Source: Podarcis filfolensis
Lineage: Eukaryota
Strand: one strand, 5' to 3'
Assembly: GCA_964270895.1 (NCBI GenBank)
Contig: OZ185435.1
Length of the DNA: 64,000 nt
The notes under the pieces were generated by a model. It was not told the DNA's origin and made no database searches. It was given only the letters and a program-made list of their open reading frames with translations. Each line of letters begins with the position of its first letter. Positions within the stretch are counted from its first letter, which is position 1. Below are positions 48,245-60,764 of the stretch, one piece after another. The position numbers and the translations under genes are program-made.

Positions 48245-48370
48245 GAGTAAAGCCCCACCAGTGTCAAATCTGTGGGAAGACATTTTCTCAGAGTGGTAGT
48301 AGGAATGTACACATGAAGAAACATCATTCCAGAGTTGGAACAGATAGCAACAGACAGCATGAACAAACAG
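48245..48370 (+). CDS. ZNF410: ZNF410 coding exon, finger 5 (CQICGKTFSQSGSRNVHMKKH)
   Basis: AG at 48243-48244, GT at 48371; 126 nt. Confidence 0.95.
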
Positions 48371-48800
48371 GTAGGAACCGAGTAGAATGGGAATGTTTGA
48401 TTGGATCTTTCAAACAGTGATGAGAAGGGTCGAGTTGAGAAAGAGAATCTGTTCTGCCATAGAAGTGTTAGCATGAGATGGTGACAGAAATGCGGCTGTT
48501 TCTGAGGATGTGAAATATATCACATGAAGAGACTGTAGGAACAGAGAGGCTAAGAGTATTTGATCACAAAGCATTAACTATTTACCAGCTTTGAAAAACA
48601 GTTATAAAATTGATCTGTGTGAGTAAAGTTGTGCTTTTCAGATGTGTATGCCCACATCTCAAAATATACTCTACAAAGTCAAACTCTCTTCCTGAAAATA
48701 CAGGTCATGAAGAAGAAATCTTGGATAAGGAAGAGTGAGAAAACAATTCTCCACATTCTTCAGATTTGTGAAGCAGAAGTCCCTCTCTGTGTGATAGTTA

Positions 48801-49045
48801 GAGAGCCTGTGTGGTGTAGTGGTTAAGAGCGCTAGACTCATAATCTGGGGAACTGGGTTCGATTCCCCGCTCCTCCACATGCAGCTGCTGGGTGACCTTG
48901 GGCTAGTCACACTTCTCTGAAGTCTCTCAGCCTCACTCACCTCACAGAGTGTTTGTTGTGGGGGAGGAAGGGAAAGGAGAATGTTAGCCACTTTGAGACT
49001 CCTTCGGGTAGTGATAAAGCGGGATATCAAATCCAAAATCCAAAC
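48801..49045 (+). mobile_element. tRNA-derived SINE (Squam3-type)
   Basis: A-box TGGTGTAGTGG, B-box GGTTCGATTCC; colinear with the 5423 copy. Confidence 0.8.
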
Positions 49046-49098
49046 TAGTGGACACTGATGCTGTTGTTCCTCAACTTGGTGTTTTGTTTTTGCAACAG

Positions 49099-49236
49099 AA
49101 TCGTTGATGGGCAGTAGTTTGTTGGAAGAATCAGAAGAGCACAGTAAGAATCTGGTGTCCATGAGCTCACCTCCCAGCCTTGGTGTAGAATCTTTGCAGT
49201 TGCCAGACACAGAATCAATTATTGGTGTAAAGGAAG
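49099..49236 (+). CDS. ZNF410: ZNF410 coding exon (SLMGSSLLEE...KNLVSM)
   Basis: AG at 49097-49098, GTGAG at 49237; 138 nt. Confidence 0.93.
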
Positions 49237-49573
49237 GTGAGAAAAATATTTCTATTAGCAATGAAATGTTTACAGGAGCTCAGTTGGGAGGGGATATCTT
49301 TCTATCAGGATAGCCTTAAATGGGATAATTTATTGGAGTTCCAACACATAGTTTCAGTAGGAAGGGTAATAATAATAATACTTTTATATTGGTTTCTGAT
49401 ACTGTATTTGTTTTCCTGAGTGCTGATTTAGCCATTGCTTCTAATACTTGCCCTAGTCTAATACATTCACACAATGCACACTTCATTTTTTGTCTGAAGA
49501 TCGGGTTGCTTGAGAAAATAATCCCCAATGAACATTTTATAAAGCACAACTTAGTCTCCTGTTTGATTTGCAG

Positions 49574-49698
49574 AGGTTCTTGCTGAAGCAACAACAAACT
49601 CTCTCCATGCTGCATCTGATGTGGTTTTGCCATCTCATCACCTGATGCCCATGTCAACATCAAGACACTCCTATGGGGTGTCATCTTTACTACAGTAA
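49574..49698 (+). CDS. ZNF410: ZNF410 last coding segment (VLAE...SRHSYGVSSLLQ-stop)
   Basis: AG at 49572-49573, TAA at 49696-49698, donor GT at 49707; total CDS 1401 nt = 466 aa. Confidence 0.85.
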
Positions 49699-49822
49699 AT
49701 CTACAGGTCAGCCTAGACAACTTCTATTTCTTTTAGAACAGCATAATTCTAGTCTTTTGAAAGTGCAGGAAAACATCACCTTTTCTACTATCTGAGAATT
49801 TGATAGCAGTGAGGCTTTTGGT

Positions 49823-49824
<2 letters not shown>

Positions 49825-49870
<46 letters not shown>
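49825..49870. repeat. (TAA)n microsatellite
   Basis: Direct reading. Confidence 0.97.
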
Positions 49871-50537
49871 TTACTTGATCTGTAACCTATATAACTATAG
49901 TGGCATACAGCTTGGTCTGACACAAAAATCACAACCTCTGCTGTTGCCTGTTGGTTTCAATTAAAGCTTACTACAGTCTCCTAACTGTGATGACTGCAGG
50001 CAAGGCTCTTGTTACAACCTTACTATATCCATTTGTTCACTGAACAATGATTGGGTGTGGTACCACAACGTTGCACGACAATTCTTGCAAAATAACACTG
50101 TCCTCTGTCATCATGCTGTTCCCAACCCACAATGCCATCTTTCATAATATGACACAGGCAAAGTGTGTACTCCTGTGATGTTTTGCTGGCACAGAATCTT
50201 TAGTACGAGTTTAATCCTAAGATGCCTTCTGCTCCAGAATACACTTGTATTAGAGTGGGAAAAGTGAAGCAGTCTAAAGATGTTCTGTTCAGCTTTTTGT
50301 GCGAGCATGGTCCTGCCCCTGCCCAACTTCTACCCTGATCGGAGTGAGCCAGTTCCTCCCACTGCCTTAGCACTGATCAGCCAGGCCCTTCATTTAAAAC
50401 AAAGAAAGTGTTACAAGTAAAGGTACTTCTCCCATACATCTGTGTTGGTAATTTGCTTGAATCATTCTATTATTCGTTCCTTTCTTATAAACAAGTCTGA
50501 ATTAGTATTGATAAAAATAAAATGTGTTGATTTGCAG

Positions 50538-51220
50538 TTACAAAAGGAAGAGCAAATGAATGAAGTATTCAACACAAGATACGGAGCTAAAGAAGAAGCT
50601 TGTGTGATGATGGGCTCAAGAAACCATGTGGTACTTGAATCCCCAGAGTTTATGCTGTGCCTCTAGTGTACTTATTGTGACCTATCAGACCAGAGGCCTG
50701 GAATATGGTTTGCTTCAATCACTGGAACCTCTGAAGAAGGGCTTCAGGAGCTTTTACTAATGTCTGAACAGGTTACTGTTCCTGTTGAACCTGGCACCCC
50801 AAAGGCGAGGAGGTAATGCTCTTGGAACTAGTTCCTAGCCACTTTTTTCTCTCCTGAAGCTGATCATAAGCTCAGCATTATATTGACTCGTTCTTCTTGG
50901 AGGAGTATCTTTAGATGGTAGTGAATTCTGCAACAAGGCACTGCAGTTCTGTTCTGGCTTCTGAATTATCAGGTGGTTTGTGGTTTTTCTTTGAGCTAGA
51001 TCTTCCACATCTCCTTGCTTGGTGCGGATATACTCTCTGATATGGTTTCTGCTCCAAACTGAAGACATGATGTTGTTCAGAGGATGCCTCAGACACCCTT
51101 GCTTCTTGCTGTGATTTTAATTTCTAATTATTAGGGCTTAATTTAAAGGAAAAAAAATCAGAGGTAGAATCTATTCAGTATTCTTCAGTTGTAAATAAAC
51201 TATCTACTTCCAACTCCTGA
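50538..51220 (+). other. ZNF410: Probable ZNF410 terminal (3' UTR) exon; end approximate
   Basis: TTTGCAG acceptor at 50536-50537; AATAAA at 51194-51199. Confidence 0.5.
50835..51108 (-). CDS. FAM161B: FAM161B putative terminal coding exon (KKQGCLRH...REKSG-stop)
   Basis: CAG| acceptor at 51109-51111 in the required phase 2, then 90 sense codons to TAG (frame of ORF 50835..51068); weak pyrimidine tract and little similarity to human. Confidence 0.6.
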
Positions 51221-52871
51221 TATTTGTGCATTTTGTGTTTTTCTTTGCCTATTCAAAGATGCTCATGGGTACCTTAAAGCCAAGTACCAAGCAATTATAT
51301 GTAATACAAAATCCTATTACTATATACGTAAAACAATTAAACAGAAAAAATAGAATGAGCAGGAATGTTCTCATTGGCCACTCTGTACCAAAAGTACTGT
51401 TGCTGGAGCTTCTCCTATAGCTTCCACTTTAAATATATATTTTTTTGTTTTTTGGGGGGGGAGATCGCGTTTCTACATTATATTTTAAAGGCCATATGTT
51501 TTTGTGAACATATAAAAAGGTGAAAGCAATTAATCTTGTAATGCCTTTAAGGTCAAGCACATTTATTATAGCATAAGCTTTCATTTACTTCAGACAGTTC
51601 TACTTGTAAAATAGGAAAATGCATAAATCTTTTAATCAGCCTCTGAGCTCAGAATTAACATGGTTTGATATGGACCAGACAGAGCATAATAAATACAGTA
51701 TTTGTGCTACTCAAAGTTCTCTGGGCAGATTAAATATTTAAAAACAATTATAGACCATTAGAACAAGAATACAGCACAGCACAAAAAACAGTAACTGAGC
51801 AGGGATTAAAAGTCCTGTGCAAAAGCACTTTTTGAAACAGCTTACGTGTACTTGCAAGCTATTTCAAAGTAGCTTTTGCAAAGGATTTAAAGGCAGCTCC
51901 TGTGCTCCCATTTGCTCAAAATGGAGTGCAGAGGCTGTCTTAAATCTTTTTGCAAGTCTCCCCACCCACTTTACATCCCCAACCCTCTGGGAATTGGAAA
52001 AGGCTTTGCAAATCTCCTGCCACTTCTTTTTTGTGCCTCTGAGATCAGTGTGCAAGGGTTTTTGAAAAGTGGGTGGCCCCACTCACGTCAATTTTGGCCT
52101 GCAAGGCAGATCTTGGTAAGAATCTGGCCCATGGAGTCAGAAAGGCCCCCCCCAACCTGTCCTCAATGAATAAAGTAACTTTAAATGTTACTTTAAATTC
52201 TATGAATCTTGGGTTTAATGATTTTATTCATGTTTTTGAAAATAGAGTTAATTTTTACTAAATGTTCAGATGGAATAACAACTCATCATGCTTTTCAGTA
52301 GTTGCTACTAGACTAATATACCACTGCTTTTGGAGCATTAGGCACTTCAGTTTACTCCCTAAGCATATTTTTCTGTAAGCAAGCCCATTTATCCTCAATG
52401 GGACTTACTTCCAAGTAAGCCAGCATAGAATCATAATGGCATCTTGGACTGTAAATCTCAACTTGTAACAATAAGAAAGCTAGGTTGCTAGGGAAAATAT
52501 AATTTTATTAGCCTTGCATGGCCAAGGGATGGAGAAGAGGATTTAGCATAGATCCTCTGGCCATCTTTTGTTTTAAAAAATAGTGCAAATGAGTTACTGA
52601 AGGGAAATCTAAAAACTCCTTGTTGCCAAGCTGTTTGTAGGAACAAAACTGGCTAAAAACATCTACTGTAGCAATTCCATTGTACAGCTTTCTGAACCTG
52701 AGAGGCATAAACATTTAAAACAGTAGTGTGGTACCTTTTAATTTAAATTAGTGCAGAATCTGTATGGGTACCATTAGCATGAAACATCCAAACAGGATGA
52801 TGCTTCCAGGATCCGTGTCAGCACAGCAGGCTGCATATGTACATACCTCCCCACTTCCACCCACCCAAGTA

Positions 52872-53094
52872 CAGTGGTACCTCTGGTTACGTACTTAATT
52901 CGTTCCGGAGGTCCGTTCTTAACCTGAAACTGTTCTTAACCTGAAGCACCACTTTAGCTAATGGGGCCTGCTGCTGCTGCGTCACTGCCGCTCGATTTCT
53001 GTTCTCATCCTGAAGCAAAGTTCTTAACCCAAGGTACTATTTCTGGGTTAGCAGAGTCTGTAACCTGAAGCGTATGTAACCCAAGATACCACTG
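52872..53094. mobile_element. Tc1/mariner-superfamily MITE
   Basis: 19-bp TIRs CAGTGGTACCTCTGGTTAC/GTAACCCAAGATACCACTG with TA TSD. Confidence 0.82.
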
Positions 53095-53603
53095 TAGAGG
53101 GATGGTGCCAAATCTTTTGAGATTGCCTACAAAAGTGCAATACATATGTTATCTATAATCTAGTATACACCATGATTACAATTTTTTATATAAAAGCATG
53201 TTAGCTTCAGTTCTTCATGCTGAAGAAGTTGCCTAACCCTGATCTAATGACATTTGATTAAAGGAGGGGAAATGAGCTTTAGGCACCTGAAAACTTCCAT
53301 TGGGTTCCTACTTTGTTTGTAGTATTCTTTGCCCCTCTTCAGCTAGTTCTTGTATAATGCCAGCTTTGGTATTCCTCTGCGACTTATGAGTCCTGTTGAT
53401 TAAAAATTGTGATTTCAAAATTTCACGCTATAAAATCACTGGAAGTGGTGGTCATAGTTGCAAAGTTCACATCTGAATCCTACTCTACTTCTAAGGAGTT
53501 CCGAACATCCTATATACTTTTTTCCGTATTTCATCCTCACAAGAACTGTGTGAGATACTTTAGGGAGTGTGACGAGCCTAAATCCAATCTGTGAGCAGGG
53601 ACT

Positions 53604-53930
53604 TTTATTATTATTTCAGTTTATATTCTGAGTCAAGGGTGGCTAAACACATCAATAATGAAACAGTTTATAATTCTAAAAACATTCTTTCAACCAGTGA
53701 TCTCAGGGTTTCCAGGAACAGGTGTTTTTTCCCCCCAGCCATCAAATGTCTTGAGTAAACAGGAATGTTTTAAAAATCCTGAAAGTCAATAATGAGGGGA
53801 GACACACCACACAACAGGGGCACCAACTCCAGGGAACTGGGGCCCAGCCTCTGCCAGCTGGTGCCTCACCTCTGGCGGCGACTGGGCCAGGGCCTGCGCC
53901 TCTGCCGTGAGGCCTCTGTTGGAGCACATT
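53604..53930 (-). mobile_element. Degenerate L2-clade LINE 3' end
   Basis: Minus-strand ...SLLTFRIFKTFLFTQDI-stop resembles the L2 C-terminus, followed by an AT-rich tail. Confidence 0.55.
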
Positions 53931-54278
53931 GCAGCCATGGACATGCTTCTGGGATGCAGTGGGCGCCGCGCCACCATGACTTTATGACAGTGTGGGGCCC
54001 AAGTCAGCACTGCTGCCTCACCAGGAAGGACCTATGAATGGGGAACTCCTGCTGAAGAGGCCCTGTCACATGGAATTGCGAGCTGGGGAGCCCATCATCA
54101 ACAAGGCATCACCTGCCAAACGGGTAGTTTCCTATTTGGGAAGATTCTCTTTCAAGTAATTTGGTCCCAAGCCAGTTCATCTTGAATTGGGTCTGGTAGC
54201 TCACTGACAACTCCATGGCTTGTTAAGTGCAAGTTTCTTTCCTTCTTAGCCTAAATGTATGCCCCTATATCTAATAGG

Positions 54279-54637
54279 AGGACGCGGGTGGCGCTGTGGG
54301 TAAAACCTCAGCGCCTAGGACTTGCCGATCGCATGGTCGGCGGTTCGAATCCCCGCGGCGGGGTGCACTCCCGTCGTTCGGTCCCAGCGCCTGCCCACCT
54401 AGCAGTTCGAAAGCACCTCCGGGTGCAAGTAGATAAATAGGGACCGCTTATTAGCGGGAAGATAAACGGCGTTCCGTGTGCTGCGCTGGCTCGCCAGATG
54501 CAGCTTGTCACGCTGGCCACGTGACCCGGAAGTGTCCGGACAGCGCTGGCGCCCGGCCTATAGAGTGAGATGAGCGCACAACCCTAGAGTCTGGCAAGAC
54601 TGGCCCGAACGGGCAGGGGTACCTTTACCTTTACCTT
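54279..54637 (+). mobile_element. Sauria SINE, full length, CpG-rich (young)
   Basis: 13-bp TSD TATATCTAATAGG at 54266-54278 and 54638-54650; (ACCTTT)3 tail. Confidence 0.93.
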
Positions 54638-54707
54638 TATATCTAATAGGTGAATGTAGAAGACTATTTTTCACGAAGCTACAGGTGATTTTCTGTTCTT
54701 TAAATAC

Positions 54708-54841
54708 CTTTGTGATTCAGACTGCTCCTTCCCTACTAGGTCAGTGGTGTCTCCTCCTTTGCTTTTCACAAATTCTTCATTCAACCCAAACTGCTGCAAG
54801 GTGTCTCGAAAAAGCCTCTCTGCCCCCTGACGGGCACCTTG
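54708..54841 (-). CDS. FAM161B: FAM161B exon 8 (QGARQGAERLFRDTLQQFGLNEEFVKSKG)
   Basis: CAG| acceptor and |GTATTT donor; resembles human EAEQWYLDTLKQAGLEEDFVRNKG. Confidence 0.88.
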
Positions 54842-55264
54842 CTGTGGAATTCAGAAGACAGGCGGTTTAGTAGGCCCTCTTCCCTTCATGAATACTTACA
54901 ATTATTCCAGGCGATCACTCTAAACTAGAAAAGTAATTGGATATTTCTCTCAATATGGAAGAAGCAGTTATATTTTAAAATGTTTGCGAATTCTTTGAAG
55001 ACCATTATATTCAAACATATACCTCAGTTTATTTTGAAAACAATATTTTCCTATTTAGTGTACAGTAGTTTCTCTATCATTACAGCTGGTCAGCAACTAA
55101 ATTTTGTTCCCTACCAAACTCTTTTTCCCATGAAGTTTTTTTTACCCTTCAGATTTCCAGAATGGCAAAGCAGTTGCTTGAATATTGACTCCCTGCTACA
55201 GCCTGCTGGTATTTACTGTTTGATCCTCTAAACCATGACAGTTTCCCCATACCAAAATAGTTAC

Positions 55265-55364
55265 CTTTGTGACCTGTTCAAACATATATGGTCTGTTTTT
55301 CACTCGCAACTTCATCTCTTCTAGTTCCTTTTTATACTCTTGTGTTCTTTTTCGGTCATTTTGC
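55265..55364 (-). CDS. FAM161B: FAM161B exon 7 (QNDRKRTQEYKKELEEMKLRVKNRPYMFEQVTK)
   Basis: CAG| acceptor and |GTAACT donor; EYKKELEEMK..RPY.FEQV motif. Confidence 0.94.
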
Positions 55365-55839
55365 CTGAAACAAAAGGTTTCCGTACTATGCATCATCTTC
55401 AGTTACTCTGTGCTGCATTTTTAATTATCGGGTAGGAGGGCACATTTAGATATAGGAATCTCTCCACAGAAATGTGCTGCATATAGATCTGCTATGTGGG
55501 TGCAGAAGAACATCTGGGCACCTATGCTCCCTGGGAATTCATTTATAACGTATTTATACCGCTTAACAAAACATTTATAAGCAATTTACATAAAAATAAA
55601 AAAGCAATAACATTTCTTTAAAACAAGGTAGGACAAGGTAGGTTGGTGCACCAACCAAAGTTGGTAATGGGTGCTCAGAGCCAACTGGGCCTCTAGCATC
55701 AGTGATTGATCTAGCAGCACCCTCAAATGATGCTCTACCTCCACAGCGGGTACAAATTCAAATTCCCAAAACTGAAAAACTCCCACTCACAGGATCTCTG
55801 TCTTGTCAGGATTCAGTTACAATTTATTAGCGCTCCAGG

Positions 55840-55840
55840 A

Positions 55841-55886
<46 letters not shown>
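55840..55886. repeat. (AAT)n microsatellite
   Basis: Direct reading. Confidence 0.97.
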
Positions 55887-55889
<3 letters not shown>

Positions 55890-56207
55890 TTATTTTTAAA
55901 AACCCAGTCAGGCAGAGAAGAGAAGCACAGTAATGAAATCTTGCTTTTTTGGGAAAGCCTTTTAGATCCAAATTGGAATGCCCTTTCTATTACAATATAT
56001 TATTTTTCAAATTCTGGGGCTCTGTTACCAATTATATCTAAGGATAGTGGTGAGATAAGCATGAAGTGTAAATAAATAATATGACTGCTGTCTCTTAGCC
56101 ATGAACACTTGAAGCCCAAACCCATTTCTCATACTGAGCTATCAGTAATTCCAACTGAAATTGTTTTGCTTCAATAATATGCTACCAAAGCCAATTAGCA
56201 TACTGAC

Positions 56208-56375
56208 CAGTTTTGCTTCAGCTTTTCTCTGTGTGTTTCCTCCAAGCTCTTATGGGGATCCAAAGCTTTTGCTCGGCAATTCAGAGACTTATGCATAGCT
56301 TGACCTCTCTTTCTCTGCAACTCTGCCCAACGAGCTCCTTCATTTTCCTTGTATTTTTTATCCTCCTGAAGGCGT
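56208..56375 (-). CDS. FAM161B: FAM161B exon 6 (RAKALDPHKSLEETHREKLKQN)
   Basis: TAG| acceptor and |GTCAGT donor; RAKA.DPHKSLEE motif. Confidence 0.92.
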
Positions 56376-56696
56376 CTAAATATATATGCAGATAATGGGA
56401 TATGATCTTATTTCAAAATAAATCACTAAGTTTTCCAAAACAAAACTTATACAAAGCCAGTTCATATATCCAAGTTAAAACAATATTGTTCAAAGTATAT
56501 GTGGTACTCTCTTAACTCTGAATTTTAGCAGGCTTTTGGAAATTTTGTTCAGGGGGGTATCCAAAAGCATAGGTGGCCTCCACCTGCCATGTGGGACAGG
56601 CAGGGTTATATTGCAAGGTTTTGAAGGCATTGTCTGGATCAGGATGTTCCACCTTCGCACTTATTCATACTTTAATTAAATGAGTAAGTTACTCAC

Positions 56697-56824
56697 TTAA
56701 TAGCAGACTGTCTCTTTCTCACTGCATCTGTGATATATATTGGAAGTGTGTTGGAGGAGAGGGATGAAAGGTAATTCAAAGACCGACTCCTTTGTATTGG
56801 TGCCCTGGAAGGTTGTTGAAAATC
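56697..56824 (-). CDS. FAM161B: FAM161B exon 5 (DFQQP...RSRSLNYLSSLSSNTLPIYITDAVRKRQSAI)
   Basis: CAG| acceptor and |GTGAGT donor; resembles human RSRSLSGLASLSANTLPVHITDATRKRESAV. Confidence 0.93.
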
Positions 56825-57139
56825 CTGAAAGTAAGAATATTTAATATTTATTTATTTTTAAACACACCTTTTTGTACAGTGCTTAGTTGCAGCTGTGCTC
56901 TCTTCGTATGTATGTATGCATGCACATATATATAGTGTTTGCTATTTGTTATTATCAACCTGCAAATGCTTGTCTCTTATGAGGTTCACATTTTTACATT
57001 TGGAAAACATTATGCTGACAGGTAAGTGGGGCGAAGAGCTGCCGATGTGGAAAGTGACACATCCTGTACACAACAGGATGTTATCCTGCTACATACATAA
57101 CCATTTCCTGATTTACAAGAAAATCTCTCATTTTACTCC

Positions 57140-57590
57140 ATGACTGCTAAGATTACACAAGAGTCTTGGGTGAGGTACTTTGCTGAAAGCTTTTTTTGAA
57201 AGTCTGAATACACTGTGTCAACCTCTATCTATAAGGTTGCTGACACTCTCAAAGAATTCTAATTGGTGAGACAGGACTTGCCTTTGCAGAAGTAATGCTC
57301 TTTAACAATACTTTCCACCAGTTTTGCTGGGACAGATCAGATGTTAAACTAAACAGCATTTAATTTCCAGGATTCCTTTAAAAACAATTAGAGTTACACT
57401 GGCCACTTTCCAGTCCTCGGGTATGGAGGCTGATCTGAGAGACAATTTACATATTTTTGTTCAGCAATTTTACATTTACGTGCTTTAAGAATTCTTGGGT
57501 GGATATTGTCTGGGCTTGGTGATTTGTCAGTTTTGATTTTGTCTACTGGGCCTAAAACTTCATCTCTCTGTTTTTCAGACTACCTTCCTT
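57140..57590 (-). mobile_element. CR1 LINE ORF2 (RT) fragment
   Basis: Minus strand gives KSPSPDNIHPRILK and PEDWKVASVTLIVF, typical of the CR1 pre-RT region. Confidence 0.75.
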
Positions 57591-57896
57591 GAAAATTTAG
57601 TTCAGACACTGTGATTTGCTATTTAATATTAATAGTAATAAAGTTGTTATTTACTTTTCGAAATACACTTCAATAGAAGTACTACTACAGTTAAGACTTC
57701 AAGCATAAGTTGGTGCCATTGAGACTCTTCTTGTTTTATTCCGTAACATTTGTTCCAAAGAAAGCCGACCTTGATCTAAAACTATCTCAACACTGAGTTA
57801 AATGGATGGTAAAGTATATTTGCTGTTTTGCACTCATGAGTGATTTGTATGTAAAGGAATACAAAGTAGTACAAATATGAAAGCAATCCCTTTTAC

Positions 57897-58225
57897 CATC
57901 ATCCCCGGATTAGGCACTTGATGTTTGCAACAGAGATTAGATGTTCTAAGTCTGAATGGTTTATTGTGAGTTGTTTCTTTGATTTCTCGTTTGCTTAAAG
58001 CTTCTCTCTGGAATGCCCAGTAAAGTCCTTCAAAGTCAGGCACAGATGTATTGATTCTTGGTTTAAAACTGAAGTTATCCTGCAGAAAGCTCAGTTTTTT
58101 CTCCCTGTTTATAGAGGTAATTTGGGATCCTTTTTTTCTCTTGCCAAGCTCAATAGGAGCCCAGGAACTTTCCAATAAATCCTTGGCTCTCATCTGAATA
58201 CGGATTTTTCGTAAGAGTTCAGCTT
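57897..58225 (-). CDS. FAM161B: FAM161B exon 4 (AELLRKIRIQMRA...FKPRINTSVPDFEGLY...KPFRLRT)
   Basis: CAG| acceptor and |GTAAAA donor; 329 nt, phase 1-0. Confidence 0.92.
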
Positions 58226-59211
58226 CTGGGGAGTAAAAGCAACAGTGATGAACAGTAATGAATAGGCTGGGAGAAGGTATATTCTGGCTAATGCAACAGA
58301 AGCGTTAATGACACTAATGACAAGAGAGGCTAATGGTTGAGCCAAGTGTTAAAGCAAAAGCAATAACTGAAAATCCAGAACAGTTGAAACCGCATTAACA
58401 CATATCTTTTCCAAATAAAAAACTAGTTACGGGATATATCATGCAGCACAACTTAATAATGCTCATTCTTTTTATATTTCTATTTTCTATTTCTATTCTT
58501 TTTCAAAAACTTGTGTATTCTAGAAAGGAAAATGATCAACATGAAGTCTCCCAGACCTTTGGCTAATTAAACAATCCATGGCCTTTTAAACAGTGGGGGG
58601 CATAGTTTTTGAATGTTACTGTGTTTTGTGTTTTTATATTGTAAACTGCCCAGTGATCCTCAGATCAAGGAGTGTATAGAAATTTAATAAATAATAATAA
58701 TAAAATGAAATTTGCATAGCCCTGCTTCAGGAACAAGCCAAGAGGAGCAATTCATTTCTGGATACATTTTACTATTAAGAAGAATTCCCCAAAGGGATGG
58801 TACAGGTTGGCATCCTTAAAGAGAAGGATAAAGTTCCTAGCTGTCACTGTTTTTCAGGCTAATCAGCTCCAGAGGTTAGTGAGGTGGGGCAGAGGCCAAG
58901 GCCATGAAGATGCCCAATTCATCAACCAGTGCAAATCTGTAGCATCAGAGAAGTTTCCTCCTAATTTTTATGTGATTGTTGATCACCTTCCCTGAGTCCT
59001 GTTTTTACTAATTCCACTGATTGGTCCTACTCCCTCTGAGATGAGAAATGTGTTTTGTGATATGGCAGGATAAAAGGCCTATTTTCTTTTATTTATTTTG
59101 TACTGGTATGACAGACAATGAATCTACTAACTGGAATGTCTCCTATAGCAGATGAAGAAGATACCTTCATACCATTAGGTATTGTTGACAGTGCATTAAA
59201 AGCTGTTTTAC

Positions 59212-59756
59212 CTTTGAGTTTATCCCCAAACATTGGTTCATAGGTGGACTTGGGGATCTTCTTCCTGACTTTTGGCACTGATTTCTCAAGTGGAGTCAAT
59301 ACTTCTAGCATCTTCTGTCTGATGACCTCCTTTCGTTTTTCTTCTTTTTCCTGAAAACTGAAGGGTTTTTGCATTGAAAGGAGTAGTTCTCTTCTCTTTT
59401 GTGTTTCCACTTGTCTGCGAATTTCATTCTTTTCCATTATTTCTTGGTAGAGTGGCAGATAGATGTGAGCAGGCACAGGTTGTGCTCTGAACTGTTTCTG
59501 GCATTCAGCTTCTTCTAGGCTTTGTCTTTTGTACTCAGCTGATTCAATTTCAAACAATGCATGGGACTTTAATTTTCTGCGAGCTTCTCGAAGTGTCATA
59601 TTGAAGGGTTGAGGGACAGTGATAGGGGAGATCCATGTAGCTGAAGCACTCTTTGATCTTGAAAAGGACTGAAGAAACGAATGTTGATTTTGCTCATTTT
59701 TTGGGTTATCAGCAGTGATGTTAGTCAATGAATTGAACCTTCTTAGGTTGCCAGAT
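59212..59756 (-). CDS. FAM161B: FAM161B exon 3 (ITVPQPFNMTLRE...QFRAQPVPAHIYLPLYQEIME)
   Basis: FAM161/UPF0564 motifs ITVP.PF.MT.RE and FRAQPVPAH; canonical splice sites. Confidence 0.95.
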
Positions 59757-59991
59757 CTGAGGATATGGTAAAAAATAATGTTATCAATGGCAAATAAATC
59801 AGAAGAAAGGTTATATTTGAGAACTTTGAATAAATGAAAGGAGATAGTTTAGGAGTAATGATATTCTAAGATCTGTTTCATTATTATATTTGATCAGTTG
59901 TCCAACAGGAGCACACAAGACTACTGTAAAAACTCTATGCCTGTGTAGGAGAATCAATGTATGGATTTCAATAGATTCTCTTGCATCTCAC

Positions 59992-60302
59992 CTCAAAGCT
60001 TCATGGAACTTTGATGGCAATGTCAATCTTCCATTTTCCTGGAAAAAGTCTTCCAGCTCCTTGTTCTCTGGTGGTTCCTGGTGGTTTTCCAACTGTACCT
60101 GGTACATCAGACCTAGTTCTAACAAACATTGTCTGTTTTTCCTTTTGAGGGCCTGAAGCGAGTCGTAAAAATCCTCTCCTGAACTCGAGGCACCTACTAT
60201 TTGTTCCTCTGACTGGAGGAAATCTAGCAGCTGACTGCCATCGGGCAGAGAAATATTACTACCCAGTTGCAAGTCTGGAGACTGTGCTTTAATTGGAAAC
60301 AC
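59992..60302 (-). CDS. FAM161B: FAM161B exon 2 (VFPIKAQ...FYDSLQALKRKNRQCLLEL...HEALR)
   Basis: TAG| acceptor and |GTGAG donor; ORF 59988..60302. Confidence 0.88.
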
Positions 60303-60407
60303 CTAGGCAAATCAGAACAACAAAACAAAGGTTTCAAACACAGAAGAAAAAACTATTTTGAAAATGCATTTCCATTCGAAATACTGTATACCACTTTGCA
60401 CTTTGTA

Positions 60408-60764
60408 TACCTGAAGGAGCGTCTCCACCCCCTTCATTCTGCCCGGACGCTGAGGTCCAGCACTGAGGGCCTTCTGGTGGTTCCCTCATTGCGAGAAGCA
60501 AAACTACAGGGAACCAGGCAGAGGGCCTTCTTGGTAGTGGCGCCGGCCCTGTGGAACGCCCTCCTGTCAGATGTCAAAGAGATAAACAACTACGTGACAT
60601 TCAGAAGACATCTGAAGGCAGCCCTGTTCAGGGAAGTTTTTAATGTGTAACATTTTAGTGTATTTTTGGTCTTGTTGGAAGCCGCCCAGAGTGGCTGGGG
60701 AAACCCAGCCAGATGGGCGGGGTACAAATAATAAATAATAATAATAGTAATAATAATAATAATT
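60408..60764 (+). mobile_element. L2-clade LINE 3' end
   Basis: ORF2 C-terminus RAFLVVAPALWNAL...FRRHLKAALF-stop, followed by 3' UTR and (TAA)n tail. Confidence 0.88.
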
